The position numbers and the translations under genes are program-made. DNA of 64,000 nt from NCBI GenBank assembly GCA_973895155.1, contig OZ316894.1, positions 25,542,709 through 25,606,708 on the forward strand. The letters are read 5' to 3'. This DNA comes from Marsupella aquatica. Its lineage: Eukaryota; Plantae; Marchantiophyta. This document shows positions 13,655 through 26,507 of the stretch, piece after piece; the stretch's first letter is position 1, and the number at the start of each line of letters is the position of its first letter. Under the pieces are notes generated by a model, which saw only the letters and a program-made list of their open reading frames with translations, searched no databases and had not been told where the DNA came from.

Positions 13655-15310
13655 TTTTTTTTTAATGAAAAGGGGGGGCGCAGAGACCCTTCAATGACAG
13701 GCAAGGGAGCAACAACCACCCGAGCAAGGAAAACAAAGAAGGGCCCAACACCCGGAGCCACAACTGGCCAACGGAAACTCGAACGGAAAACCAAACTAGT
13801 TGGGCCAGGGAATCCAAAACCACCACCTAAGTTGACATCAAAGTCATCTCCGGAAGGAAAGGCCATATTCTGTTTGTCTAAAGTGCGAATCCTCATCCTG
13901 TCCTGTGTGCTTCTAGTAGTGTCCAACCCAGTCATTAAGTTAGTGTTTTCAGTTTTCATCATTCTACTCATCTGCAGTTCCTTCTTGTTTCTACTAGTGC
14001 TCCTTTTATCAGGTCTCATCATCCAGGAGATCCCACCAGGCATTGTTGCCATTGTTTCTCTCGTTATAGTAGTAAGTGAGGTGTTCCTGACCAGTGTAGT
14101 CCTTTCTCTCCAGGTCAAGATGGTTCTTATGCATCATCTTCATCTGAGTTCAGGGCAAGAGGGCTGTCAATAGTCTCCCTTGGCTCAAGAACAACCTGGA
14201 GTTGAGTGAGTGCCCGCCTTAGCTGTTTACGTTTTCTCTCCAAATGGCAGGCATCCATCATAGTGGAACAATGGGTTTGTGTGTTCCTCAGTACTACCCA
14301 TCCGGGAAGATGCCCTAGGAAATGGGAGTAGGTGGCAGCATTTATCTCCTTCCAAATGCTCGAGCACATCTCCATGAGCATGACCACTGGCCCTGGTTTC
14401 CTTTTTTGCATCTTTAAGGGGATCCTTGCGGTGCTTTGAGGGCGCGCTTCTGCCTGTTGAGCCAATTGTTGTACCTCTCTCCATCTTGTAGTAACTGTCC
14501 AACAATTGAAGAACAGATGCTTAGTGTGTTCGAATTGGCTCTTGCACCTACTGCAAGTGTTGTCATATACCTCCCAATGGCTCGCCCTGCCATTAGTAAA
14601 GAATCCATGATTCAGTAGTCTCCAAACCAGCCTCCCCAGAGTTTCTTCCAGTATTGTTGCCAGCATCTGGTAGTACTAGTTTTTCCCCATCTTCAATTCA
14701 GCTGAGTAACGTCCAATGTCATGAACGTGGAGCATTGTCCCCAAATCCGAGTGGAGAAACACCAACCTCTATTCCTTCCCCTCTAGTTCCACTGCCAGCC
14801 GGCACAGTCCTGTAATTGGCCAGTGTTGGTGACATTGCTCTGTCAAAGCTTGTTGTAGAACCTGTTAAATTAACCGAGTACTACAAAGTTGCTTGCTGAG
14901 CTCCTCTCGGTCACCCAATCCCCCTGCTAATTCCTGAGATTCTGCAGGTTCTTGATTCCCCTGTTGGAGAGGAATCTCCTCAAGTCAATTTCCTGTTGCG
15001 TTGTGGCGTGGTTGGACCGGAGGTACAATAGAAGAATTTGTTCGATGGAGAGATGGCCAAGGATCTGACCTTCCCAAAAGTTGAACTTCAGGTGTTGATT
15101 TTTGTCGGTCCATCCTTTTAGCAGCCCCCTCAGTGTAGGTGATCCCTGGATATGTATCTCATTGTCAAGTAGTAGCGCTTCAACAGCGGTCCATCTTTGT
15201 CTCTCTTTCTTTCCAGGACCAGACTTAAGGCTCTTCGTGATGATCTCATAAGCAATTTTCACCCATGCCACTCACTCTCAGCCTGCGTAATCAGTTTGGC
15301 AATATGAGAT
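13655..15310 (-). mobile_element. 5'-truncated, decayed L1-type LINE (ORF2 C-terminus with RT zinc finger, 3' UTR, poly(A))
   Basis: CSRCKSQFEHTKHLFFNC zinc finger and EMCSSIWKE segment in ORF 14127-14666; poly(T) at 13655-13663; degenerate TSD gtataaggacaac (13641-13653) vs gtatgaggagaac (15311-15323). Confidence 0.75.
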
Positions 15311-17029
15311 GTATGAGGAGAACTTAAAACAGGTGTCCACATTTATAAGTATAATTTCTCTCTCTTTCACTATAAGAGATAGAAGCTTTCTCCATTGGCA
15401 GAAATTCCATGAAATTTGCTAGTGTGCTTGGATGCACTTTATTAAAATCTAAATGCAGTGGGAAAGGAGAGCTCTGGGATAGCAAGATTAAAAACATTGA
15501 GAGAGGCACAAAATTAATTCAAAATCTAAATAATACAAGTGATGCACCTTGTTACAGCACATTGAAATATAAACACATAACAGAAACTCTTAATAAGACA
15601 AAATACTAAAAAGTGGTTATGGCCTATATTTCCCATATTGCAATGGAAAGTAAAGATACAAGGACCTTTTCATACTTTGCAGACTAGTAAATGTATAGAA
15701 CCAAGAGAGAAGAAAGCCAAAGGAACTGGGAAAAGAATCATGAAGTCCATTCTAGGCCTGTTTTCAGCATTGGTTGTTGTTAAGCCAATTTTCTGGCTGT
15801 TGCTGGTGGTGCAAGTTCCAGTGATTCGGAAGATAAAAGGTTTTCTCTACTGCTTCGGTCCTTTGTTCAAGATGAATGTTGAAATTGAAGGGCTCCTTGG
15901 CTCTTAGTGCATGTAGTTTAGGTGAGTTTCCATTTGTCTTTTCTAATGGCTCTGAGTTTTTTTATCCTTCTGTAGATTTTTTACTGGTCAGGTAAATATG
16001 ATCTTGGGACCCAAAAAATTGAAGGCCTTTCAACTATGACATAAGGGGAGATACAAGAGAAGGAAAGCAAGGTACCAGGAGAATGGAAACCAAGTCCTTT
16101 ATTTATTTGAATACTAGAGGAAGAAATCAGGAAAGAAAACTATGTCCTTTCTCTATCTTATCTACTAGGGCATCTCAATCGAGCTGTCCCCTGCTTTTTT
16201 GGGGGTCAGCCGCTGTGGGAAATTCCCATCTGTGGCACTGACCAAAACCCAGATTTGGGCCAACTCAAGCCCATGGGGTTTGTGCTTTGCAATGGGTCAT
16301 AACACCCTCTCATGGGTTAACTGAACATCAATTTTTGAGTTTAGTCATTTTCCTGATAAATCATTGACTATTATTGAAGGGCACCAACACGTTTTGAGCA
16401 GACCAGTTTTTGAGCGGACCAGTTTTTGGTGCATTCGCGGGTGCACTGACCACCAGAGTTAGGGGTAGTAGCGTTTGTAGGGATGCACATTTTGACCATA
16501 GATTTTCTAACCAACTACCGGGCCTAGCATTCTGGACATGTATAACAGTTGATTTGAGAAGCTCTAGTAGGGTGTCTCAAATATGTGAGTTTTGTGAGCG
16601 GGACAATGCCGGGACTGTCCCAGGTTGGGCACTGAATGTCGTGCCTGACCAGTCACGCCCGGGATTTAGTGACCGATAGGGAGGGCTGGCAAAAACGTGC
16701 AGACTACCTCGCAACTCTGTGCTTTGTCCCCAAAGGTCGAAGGTCGAGGGTTAGGCTTACGAGTGTTTGATGCGAGCCCTTCTAGCCCACTCAATGTTGA
16801 CTACCCCCCAAAAAAATGGCCTGGGTGTACCCACTTTAGGTGTGCCCAAGGGCTTTGTGGGCCGCCCATGAGGTCTTTTACATATTTGAGACCCCTAGTT
16901 GAATACAGAAGGAAACGAAAAGAACCCGGAACAGAAAATGGCGACCTTTCTTTATCGAGCGACTGAAAAACAACAGAAAAGAAAGGAACCGGGAGGCTGC
17001 GAGACGGGGCGCTGAGAAGATACCGTAGC

Positions 17030-17320
17030 AAATGAGGACAGGGAAAAGAAAGGGGAAAGAAACGGAAAGAAACGGAAAGAAAACGGGAATTATAGCGGCC
17101 GGCGACAGCAACAGAAGTGCGGGGGGGGGGGGGAGAGAAGGGAAAGAAAGGGGAAGAAAGGAAAAGAACCGGAAATTAAAGCGGAAGACGACAGCAACAG
17201 AAGTGCGGGGGAGTCGGGGAGAGGAGGGCAGGGGACAGAGGAGAGCAGAGGAGAGGAGAGGAGAGGCGAGAGAGGAAAGGGAGGAGAGAGGGAAGGGTGG
17301 AGAGCGGGAGAGAGGAGGGT
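17030..17320. repeat. GA/purine-rich low-complexity tract upstream of H2A.Z, with a long G run and a short internal duplication
   Basis: (GAG/GGA/AG)n tract; cgacagcaacagaagtgcggggg occurs twice (~17103 and ~17188). Confidence 0.6.
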
Positions 17321-17564
17321 TTTAAACACCCTATCCAGCGGACGAGGTGTTTTCCTTTCGTCTTTCACTCTTTCTACGCCTGGCAGAGCGCGATTCCTCG
17401 CTTCTTGCGCACGAAGTGGACCGGCGTGTACAGCGAGCGAGGGAGAGTGCGCGTTGGTGCTCGAGACGGAGGACGAAACCTGGTGGAGGTAGCGATCGAG
17501 AGTCGACAGGAAGCTATTCGCGTTGCTTCGACGAGCGATTACGACGATCAGGCAGTGAGGAGAC

Positions 17565-17987
17565 ATGGTGGTGGGAGGGAATCAGTCGGGGAAAGGGGCG
17601 AAGGGGTTGTCCCTTGGGAAGGCGCAGGAAGGCGACAAGAAGGACAAGAAGAAGGCCGTTTCGAGGTCGTCCCGAGCCGGCCTCCAGTTTCCTGTCGGGC
17701 GTATCCACCGGCTGTTGAAGTCTCGAGTTGCAGCGAATGGACGAGTCGGTGCGACGGCCGCTGTATACTCCGCGGCTATTCTCGAATATCTCACCGCCGA
17801 GGTCTTGGAGTTGGCTGGCAATGCTAGCAAGGACCTGAAGGTGAAGCGAATAACTCCCCGACATCTGCAACTCGCCATCAGAGGAGACGAGGAGCTGGAT
17901 ACGTTGATCAAGGGCACTATTGCCGGAGGCGGAGTGATTCCGCATATTCACAAGTCTCTTATCAACAAAACTTCGAAAAAGGATTAG
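17565..17987 (+). CDS. H2A.Z: Histone H2A.Z variant, intronless, 140 aa
   Basis: [95 protein letters not shown] are H2A.Z-diagnostic. Confidence 0.97.
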   Translation: MVVGGNQSGKGAKGLSLGKAQEGDKKDKKKAVSRSSRAGLQFPVGRIHRLLKSRVAANGRVGATAAVYSAAILEYLTAEVLELAGNASKDLKVKRITPRHLQLAIRGDEELDTLIKGTIAGGGVIPHIHKSLINKTSKKD

Positions 17988-20900
17988 AGCTTTGTTGCTA
18001 TATCAAGCCGTAGAAAGTTCCCCTGTTAGTTCTTCGAAGAGTAGTGTGTAGCAGAGAAGGCGTTTCACGCGAATTGTTTCAGTCCTCGTAGTGAACACTC
18101 GTATGCCGTTAGATACCGTTCAAAAGCAGCTCAGAGGGGGCAGGCAGATGGGACATTGCCTTCGTAACGTAGAATAGGTTTGGTTTACCCGTGATGTACA
18201 TGAGAAGATCATCTAGCTGCGGTTCAGTGTGTTTAGATACTACTTTTTTGTAGACAGCGAACAATGGGAACCTCCTATCGTGTTTCATGCCCTGTGCCTG
18301 GCGGTTTTGCTGGGGAAGATACACGGTAGTTCAGAACCTCGTTTGGGTATTCTTTGTACATTGTTGGTCCCTTGACCCTCCTGGGTCCCTTGTGGACAGT
18401 AAATATATTCATTGTTCTCTCACGCTCATCGGTGTCATGACGTGCTTCCGTGTCATCCCTTCTACTTCCATGTCTTCTGTTTTTGAATTTTTGAATTTTT
18501 GTTTTGAATTTTCTGGTTTCGAATTTTTGGTGGGAACAGGACTTGCAGTCCTCTCAACAAATATTTCAAATGACATGCTCCCTCTTGTGAAAGTTCTTTC
18601 CTTATGTGTTATGGCCTTTTCCAAGATCTAAGGTCCTAACTTGCTAGATTTCAGATAAGTATCTCGTTATCGTTCCAAGGCCTCAACCTTCCCTCCCTTC
18701 GGTAACAGACCAGGAGGCTGCTGTCGCGGTCTGAAATTACGAAAACAGTCGGGGGCTCAAATATTTCAGGCCTGGGTGATAGCTGCAGTAGTGATCATGA
18801 GTATGTCGTTTGATCACAGCCGTTCTGTGACATCGTTGTTCTCCAAGAAAATGTACATGCTGTGGCGCAAGCTTCTCTACCTCCAAAATCAGCCAAACAG
18901 AAAAGGTCCTCCAAAATTAACCGAACGAAAAAGGGGAGCACCGTGTACTAACTCTTTCAACCTTTCCACAACCCTTACTCAGGGCAACGTGATTATCGAA
19001 CAGCAATCGTGCACGCCTCGATTACCACACAACAAATGGTCTGTGCAAAAGAAGTCATCATTGACATCAATTGTAACTGGAACAAACTCCCTCCTAAGTA
19101 GCATGCGCAGGCTGAGGAGGATCTTATTGTTTTGATATGGGAACCAATTTACTCCGACGCTTAGCCTTATGCTAAGGAACGGTCAAGGAGTCTCCTACGG
19201 CAATAGGAATCGAGTGGAAAAACACACGAATTCTCCCCCTTTTCGGGTCACTCGTCTCTTTTTGTTTGACATCTTTTTCCCTCCTAAACACGACGTCGAT
19301 TTCGTGACCTTCCATAAACACACACCGTGACAGAGACTGCCGACCAAATTATTTTCCTTCAAGTCAGAAGAGTGTCATTATGGGCGAGTTTTTCATCAAC
19401 TTACCGTACTTCGTTAAAATTTCCAAACCACGGGCTGACCACTAACGCGGCCAGATGACTCCTGATTGAAGCATACAGACATGCGTGTTGCTGGAATCCC
19501 TCACGGTCAGATTCATTGCAGATGATCTCAAACACCTGTTACCGACATGGCCCGATTACTTCTAATTCGAGTATAGAGATATGCCGCTGAAATCGCTCCT
19601 CGCGCTCACACTCGGCTTGAAACTGGCGTACAGACTATTCAAAATAGTCTTTCCCGCTGATAGAGTTTGATAATGACACCGAACTTAAATCAATTCAGCT
19701 AGTAGCAGGAGAGCAAAAGGCTGACAGCATTCCCAAAGGTAATCCAGATGAAGACGAATAGTCCACCCCAGCCCGAACATAAGTACCGTAACACTACTTC
19801 CGTTTTAGATATCTTTGGAATTAGGAGTCTGCCTCACCGTAGCGCTATATAGCTTTTGTTTATGAGTGCATGCATGTAGATCGAGAGAAATCACCATAGT
19901 AGCTTGCATGATCATGATCAAGAGAAATGACCATAATAGCTTCGGCTTGCATAGTTGCGGCCTCCTTTGCCAATGGACTCCTTGGCAGTCATTTACACTC
20001 CGAGGATCAGGTAAGCTAGTGAGTGGCTTTTTTCTAACAAACCATGATGGCTCTTTAAAACTGACGATGAACAATAGTTCTGCAGCTGGACGGTACTCAT
20101 TGGAATCAATTACATCGAAATGAAGAATCATTGCTATGTCTCAGGTAGCAATTCGTAATTCCCCTAAAGAATATGAGGGAATCTCTTTTCTTCGACAAGA
20201 TTGGCACAAGCAGTTTGCCTTGTCCAGACTCGTTAATTAACGCGGAGCTTTATGCTCGCGGCCAGAATGGTATAGATCATCGTAAGGTTCTATTTCTTCA
20301 AGGAGTTCAGTGCGTATCTGTTTGGAGCCTACAAGAATGACCACTGATAGTCTCGTTTCCCAGGCCCTGCCGAGCCACCCTGTTTGCTTACACAAATGGT
20401 ACCAACCGAGCAGCGCCAAAAGGAAAGTTGAGACTCTGTTAGTTGGAAGACGAGTCCTCTAGGTGAAGATCTTGTACTACTCTGTCTCCAATGTGGAACG
20501 CTTTACCCATTTCTATTGGGGTGACCACAGTACTGAATTAAATATTGATATATGGCCAAGTCAGTCTTCAATGAAGATCAAGATGATTTTATTTGTTGCT
20601 CGAGTCGCTCCGTCTTCGGTTTAGACCATATTGACGGCAAGTTGGTAAACCTATTGCAGGGATTCCAGTCGGATATGTCATGCCAGCAGACTTGCAGTGT
20701 ACCTAAGAGGTACATGGCAGGGGGCAAGCGACTAATTTGTCCATGCTTATTCTTCTGGACTACCTTCTCAAATCGGATCAGGCCTACCTTCTCAAGTGAC
20801 TGCATGGAGAGAATATGGACAAACTGACATTGAGACTGTCGGACCCTGGAAGTGACTGCGGACTACGTACATGTTCTTCCGTCTAAAATATCAAGAGTTT

Positions 20901-23900
20901 ACTACGAGCTTAAAAAATGGCTCGTGAGTTCCGTCTCTGATTCCAACAGGCATGCTGAGAATTCGAGTATTATTGGTAATCATTTGAAAGTTGTGAAGTC
21001 GCTCCTCGGCGGAAACATTCAAGGAATTCTCTAAGGAACGATTTTACATTACTCAAAATTTCAAATCTGATATTTAGTCAAGGTAAACCATAGACAAATA
21101 GTTTTAAGGCACTTGTCACTCTAATGGCCAATAACTCTCTGGGAATGTTGAAGATCCTGCTCCATGTCGCAAAAGGCCCGAAAAGGCTCCTATCTAATAC
21201 CTTAAATATGTCTAACTTCTTCGATCTATTCGGACGATTTCCAATTTCAAGCGACTCCCTCGTAGTTGTAGGACTTGCAATATGAATGCAAGTGATGATT
21301 GCCGAATTGAACAGAATTTACGAGAAGTCTACATCAAAGTCAACACGAGCAAAGGAGATAGAGACATTTCCTGAGCGTTGCTATGGTAGCTTGAATGACC
21401 TCAGAGTACGCTCTTCTTGAAAATACATACGCTTCCAAATTCGGTAGACAGATGCTTAATTCCAATGCGGCTACTGTCCAAATTGATCATTCTGTCAAAT
21501 TTCAACTTCTGCAGGAAAAGGCCTAATTTTCTAACTGGACACGGAGGCTCTTTTAAGAATGACCATCGACCAGACCGTAAATATTTTTCATAACAGGATG
21601 TCACTATTTTGAGGTATTCATGTTGATCTTTCTCCTTGGAGATAAGTTTGCCTTCACAGTCAGGACTGTACGCCAAATTGAGGGGCTCCTGCTCTCCGTC
21701 ACAGTAGAATAGTTGAAATAGAAGAATCTACGCATGTAAGGTATGACGTCTCTGTTTCCTGGCCTGCATGGCTACTGAACGATTTCACTGCCTAGCTAGT
21801 CCAGCCTTGTTTACAGCCGTCGCACAATTCACCATCACCAAGCCGAGACCCGCTGCGATATATGCGAATGATTCCTTCGGAAGGAAATATTGTATCGTAC
21901 TGCGTCCTATAATCATGTACCGTAATCTCTCAAAGACTTCTAGGCGACGATATTGACATTTATATGGTTATCTCCCAGTAATAATTAATTAATTGGTAGT
22001 TTTTTCCTGCGCCAAAAATTTTTAAACAAATACAAAATGGTGAGGCCAGAGAATGTCTCTGTGACTCGTAAACACATGTTTGCCAGTTTCGCTCCTCTAC
22101 GTCACCTCAGAGCGGACAGCCTCGGACTCTCGGTATATGTGGGTTCACCAGTTTCAATATTAGGGTTTAGGCGTGGTTCATCAGAAGTTGGAACTACTGC
22201 ACCTCGGGCAAAAGCAAAAACTTTTCCTGTGAACCAGGATTAACGAATTCTTGCCATCTCAGTCCTAGCGCTTTCTAGGTTCCGGTCTCGGGATGCGAAC
22301 GTACACAGACAGAATTAGACCCTAGGGATGGATCATGATTCGGCCAACTCATTTGACTCACAGCTATGAACATGGTTCTAACGCCAAAACTGCTAAAATA
22401 GCTTACGGGTTACCGAAGGCCATTCGCTGTACATTGGAGTAGCACCAGCTTGCTTAGTTAGTCTCAACCACCATCTGTGGTGATCGCTGACAATCTCAAA
22501 CGCCATCGATCTCAAACATGACCTCTGGCGGATTGGACGGGCTTGATCCTCGAAGAAAAGACAACCTCGCAAATCTTACAGCGAAGACGAACAAACGAAA
22601 CTGCTCTGTATAAAAGAATCCATACAAACGGAGATCAGGGAAGGAGATGAAATTAAAGCTTATGTGTGGCTGGAGCCTTCCGAAGCCACGTTGGTTGTGT
22701 AGAATTTAACCGTAATGCCAGAGGTCTCAAAATAATGGGGAATTGGACCTCAGCTATTACGGTCACCCTTTCCTAATTATAGAAGCCGTGCAGAACTTTT
22801 GCTTGGGTGGAGAGGAACGAATGACTTTATCAACACAAAAGAACAAGGTCCCCGATCTCACTGTTTTAGAAGGGAACTTACGGACAGGTGCAGAGCTTAT
22901 TTAATCAAGCCCACGAACAGTCCATGGCAATGGTATCGGTTGTTTAGAGTAAAGCCCGGAGTAAAGTTCGCTCGCGATTGCATGTCATTGAGATACTGAA
23001 CAGAGTAGAGAATTGCAAAGCTCAGCAAGACACCCGCCAGAAAATGATTTTCTCGCTGGAGATATCTTAGTAAAGAGGCCTAACGAAGCCATCGATCCAC
23101 TATCGCTCTTGTGTTTGAAAGGATCGAGAAAAGCAGGGCTGGGTTTGATGCTAGGGGAAGGAGAAATTGCCCAAGAAGCCCTAGAATTGCATGTTTTAGT
23201 CAAAAAATGGACATGAGCTACAAAACATATAGAGGACTCCAAAGCCAGACTGCAACGTGAAGGACTGACTTTATGAGGCAGTGGGGTAGTCTAAGTTGAC
23301 TCCCAGTTGAACGCTTTGTAAGCCTCGAGAGCACTTTTCTTTCTCCTTAATTTCTTGGACGTCAATTGCTCCTCAAGTCTGCGACACTCCCTCGATGTCA
23401 CCAGCACTAGCAGGTTGCTAGACCGTTCTAGTTCATTGGCAGACCCGTCGCATCAGTACGTCAGTTTCATCGGCTATGGAATGTAGCAACGTCAACACCC
23501 TATGGTTGAGGTTCAAGCCAAGAAACGAAAGAGGAAATTTGCTGGTTCTACGGAAAGTTGTTCCTAAGTTAAGCTCTCCAGGTGATTTGAAAGACGACTC
23601 TGTGGAATCGAATTATTGACCTCGATTGACATACAACAAGTGGAAGGAAACTGGTCGTGTACTATGCGTTCGCTGAATCAAGCATAGTTTAATAGGCGCA
23701 ACTGTCGATGTACTACCTGTTCTAGAAGGAGTTGGAGACATAATATGCTGTAATAATGTTTGGCTCATGACAACAAAGTTTAATTTATTCTTCCTATAGC
23801 CGGGAGCGATTAAAAGTATCCACTCTGGATTGTCTCTGCATTTGAAGAGCATTGTCTGCGAGTGCCACCAAGATACCTGTGTGCAAATAATTACAAATGG

Positions 23901-24722
23901 ACCCGTGAAGTCGGAGGTTGTGTTGTCAGCCTGCCCATGCCACTTCGGTACACTCCCAAGTTGCTGTCAGATTTCTTGAAATTTCTCCCGCGTTGAGAAA
24001 GACAATGGGTGGTCAAACTTCGCAACTTCGCAAGAGTGACATGCTTAGAAAACAATGAAGAAAAGTTTTTTGGAGCACTAAAATGGATTAGATCTGGGTA
24101 GATGAGTCGGAAGTAATTGCTACGTTAGCGGCTTATGGTCAGCGGACTCGGCATTGCGTTGTTACCAACGTTGCGTACAATTTGATAGATTGACTAGCAC
24201 TCTATTGTATCAGTTACATACATACGACGTGCATTCAACTGCCATGCCTCATGTCTGACTCAAACAAGCATCTTAGTTTAGTTTGTTCACCTGAAAACGA
24301 TGGACAAAGCAGGCGTCACGCAATTGTATTGTGCTAAATTCGTTACTGAAATGAAATGAACGTTTTACGAGCGCAGATATTCGACCCGAAACCTAGTACT
24401 GTAATCGTTGATAATCGTGAGTAGTGACCTTCAAACTAACTGAGACAGTAAGTCTGATAATAATTTACTCCGATTTGCAAATCCCACGTTCCATGTCCAA
24501 TTCTGTAGGAGGTTCTATTTCCTGTTAGGACTTCAAAACTGGGTCTCTATCTTTAGGAGTCTCACCCCGACATCTTTTATTAAGCGCGCGTACTCTTTGA
24601 AAACTTTTTACCATCGGGGGTCATGTCTGAATATATCACAGGTGAAAAGGTTTTCATCCTGGTGGAGTTGAGTTGATAAAGCTTTCGTAATTTGACGATC
24701 CAATGGATCCCCCGCGCATGAT

Positions 24723-26507
24723 CTAGCTTCTGCCTACTTCCCACTTGTCACTTGCCGGTGATAGGGGAACTTCGAAATCTCTAAGATCGTTGCCGTGATC
24801 AACTCTCAGTTCTCGCCGGAGTTGATCTGAAGGACTGTTAATATTGCCGCCAGCAGCTTTTCCTGGTGCGAGCTCAATGTCTCGATCTGTATAACTGTCC
24901 ACTGTTTCGCAAGCAAGTTTATGAGCCTCCAGATCATCGTCGTCATCATCATCAGGACGCCGGCAATAACAACCGTATAGTACAAGTTGAATTATGCCCA
25001 GGCCAGCACCTATAACGTTTGGGATCTGCGATTCATGTAGAAATTATGGTGACAGAGTTAGCAATTTCACAATCGTCCGTAAGATTGTTATGCCTATATA
25101 CTGTATGTTCTTTGTCACGGACACAAAACTAAGACGCAGTACTCTACATTGTGGAAGAACACAAACATCCTCCCAAGCAATGATTATCGTCCCGAGGTAC
25201 AACAATTAGTCCATTGTCTTCAGCAAGCAGCTAGCTTTACCTCCGATCCATTCTTAGTTCCCGTTGCACATACCATGATGAAAAGATCGTGGCCGAGAAT
25301 TGCATATGACCCCCACAATGCAGCGTTCAAGAACGCCATTATGGACAATAAGAAGGGCATGTACTTAGTTGATTTGGTGATGATAACCGTCCTCTGCACA
25401 AGCTCATGCAAATTATAGTGCAGGTGAGAAAGCGTACACAGACATCCACAGAGGAAATGTAGTCTCTATGGAGGTTCACCGAGCTTTAACGTGCAATTTA
25501 GTCTGACAGAATTCAGCTTTGACAAGAAGTGTCGTGTACAGGATCAACAGAGTCTTGCCACCCGTATAATATAATGTCCCTTACCTGTGAATTCGGACAA
25601 AGAAGTACAACGAGGAAGATTCGCCTGCTCTAAGAACCTTGTATACAACTGGATTAAAAACCTCGGGATATCAGAAAAGACCAAAAGCCAAATTTGAGAG
25701 CAGCTCAGTAGCGAAACTATTAAAAATAGAACCAGATAATTACCATGATTGAAAGCGGGTAAGCGTACATCAAAACAGCCACGAAAGCAGAGATAACTCC
25801 GACGACGGTCTTTCTGCGACTCTTTTCTTGCACAAAAGCCATTGTTAAGCTTACCACCATGGCCACGAAGAGCAAAACAGAGGTCACCAACATGACAACT
25901 TGGACCTGCAGTTGAGCAAGTTTTTATCAATGTCAGGACTAAACGTCGTGCACATATGTCGACAAAGATTCTACTCGAAGATCGTTGTCGACGTATTTCT
26001 TTGCGGAGTATTCATCACCAGTCACAAATCTCACCAACACTGAGACTTACTCTTGTTTTCCTGTCGCTTGCCAACACGAAAAAGATAATGAGGAACGCAG
26101 ACTCCATTCCTACTCCGAAACCGGTGATTGTTTCGACGAGTATCCTAAAATTGACCAGAGGTGATCCATAGAAGAGCCACAGTAAGCTGCTCAACATTAT
26201 CGATGCATGAGGCAGGGGGGAGAATTTATCCGTCGATCTTTGCTGCAGAATTTTCCAAACCGTGGGCCTGCAAGTGGCGCCAAACGCTGCCGGTGAGGAT
26301 GGTACCATTAATTCAGATGAATGAACACAACACAAAGCAATCGAGATATGGATGCAGTCATTGTTACCCGTTCCACAAACATGGTTGGGCATGTGGCAGA
26401 AAATACTTATGACGAGCGACAATGTATAGTACTTACAGAGGAGCCAAGATGAGTCCCGCAGACAAAACGTTACCGAGGACACCGAAGATAGTCATCCACG
26501 GAGCCAT
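24723..26507 (-). CDS. SWEET: SWEET (MtN3/saliva) sugar transporter, 290 aa; exons 26507-26437, 26267-26051, 25905-25744, 25393-25274, 25025-24723
   Basis: Spliced in frame with GT-AG junctions: MAPWMTIFGVLGNVLSAGLILAPL|PTVWKI..RSTDKFSPLP..LWLFYG|..MYAYPLSIM|RTVIITKSTKYMPFLLS..NAALWGSYAI..DLFIM|IPNVIG..QLVLY, then an acidic C-tail. Confidence 0.92.

Noticed and set aside
13609-14173. 169-aa and 159-aa opposite-strand ORFs
   Set aside because: They lie in the low-complexity LINE 3' region and have no protein motifs.
17032-17951. Long overlapping ORFs around H2A.Z (17090-17566, 17297-17827, 17514-17951)
   Set aside because: Products of low-complexity GA-rich DNA and alternative frames of the histone gene.
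19860-21700. Coding-looking fragments with a possible GT-AG pair near 20011-20085
   Set aside because: Many stops and no recognisable family; it may be an old pseudogene but I cannot support a call.
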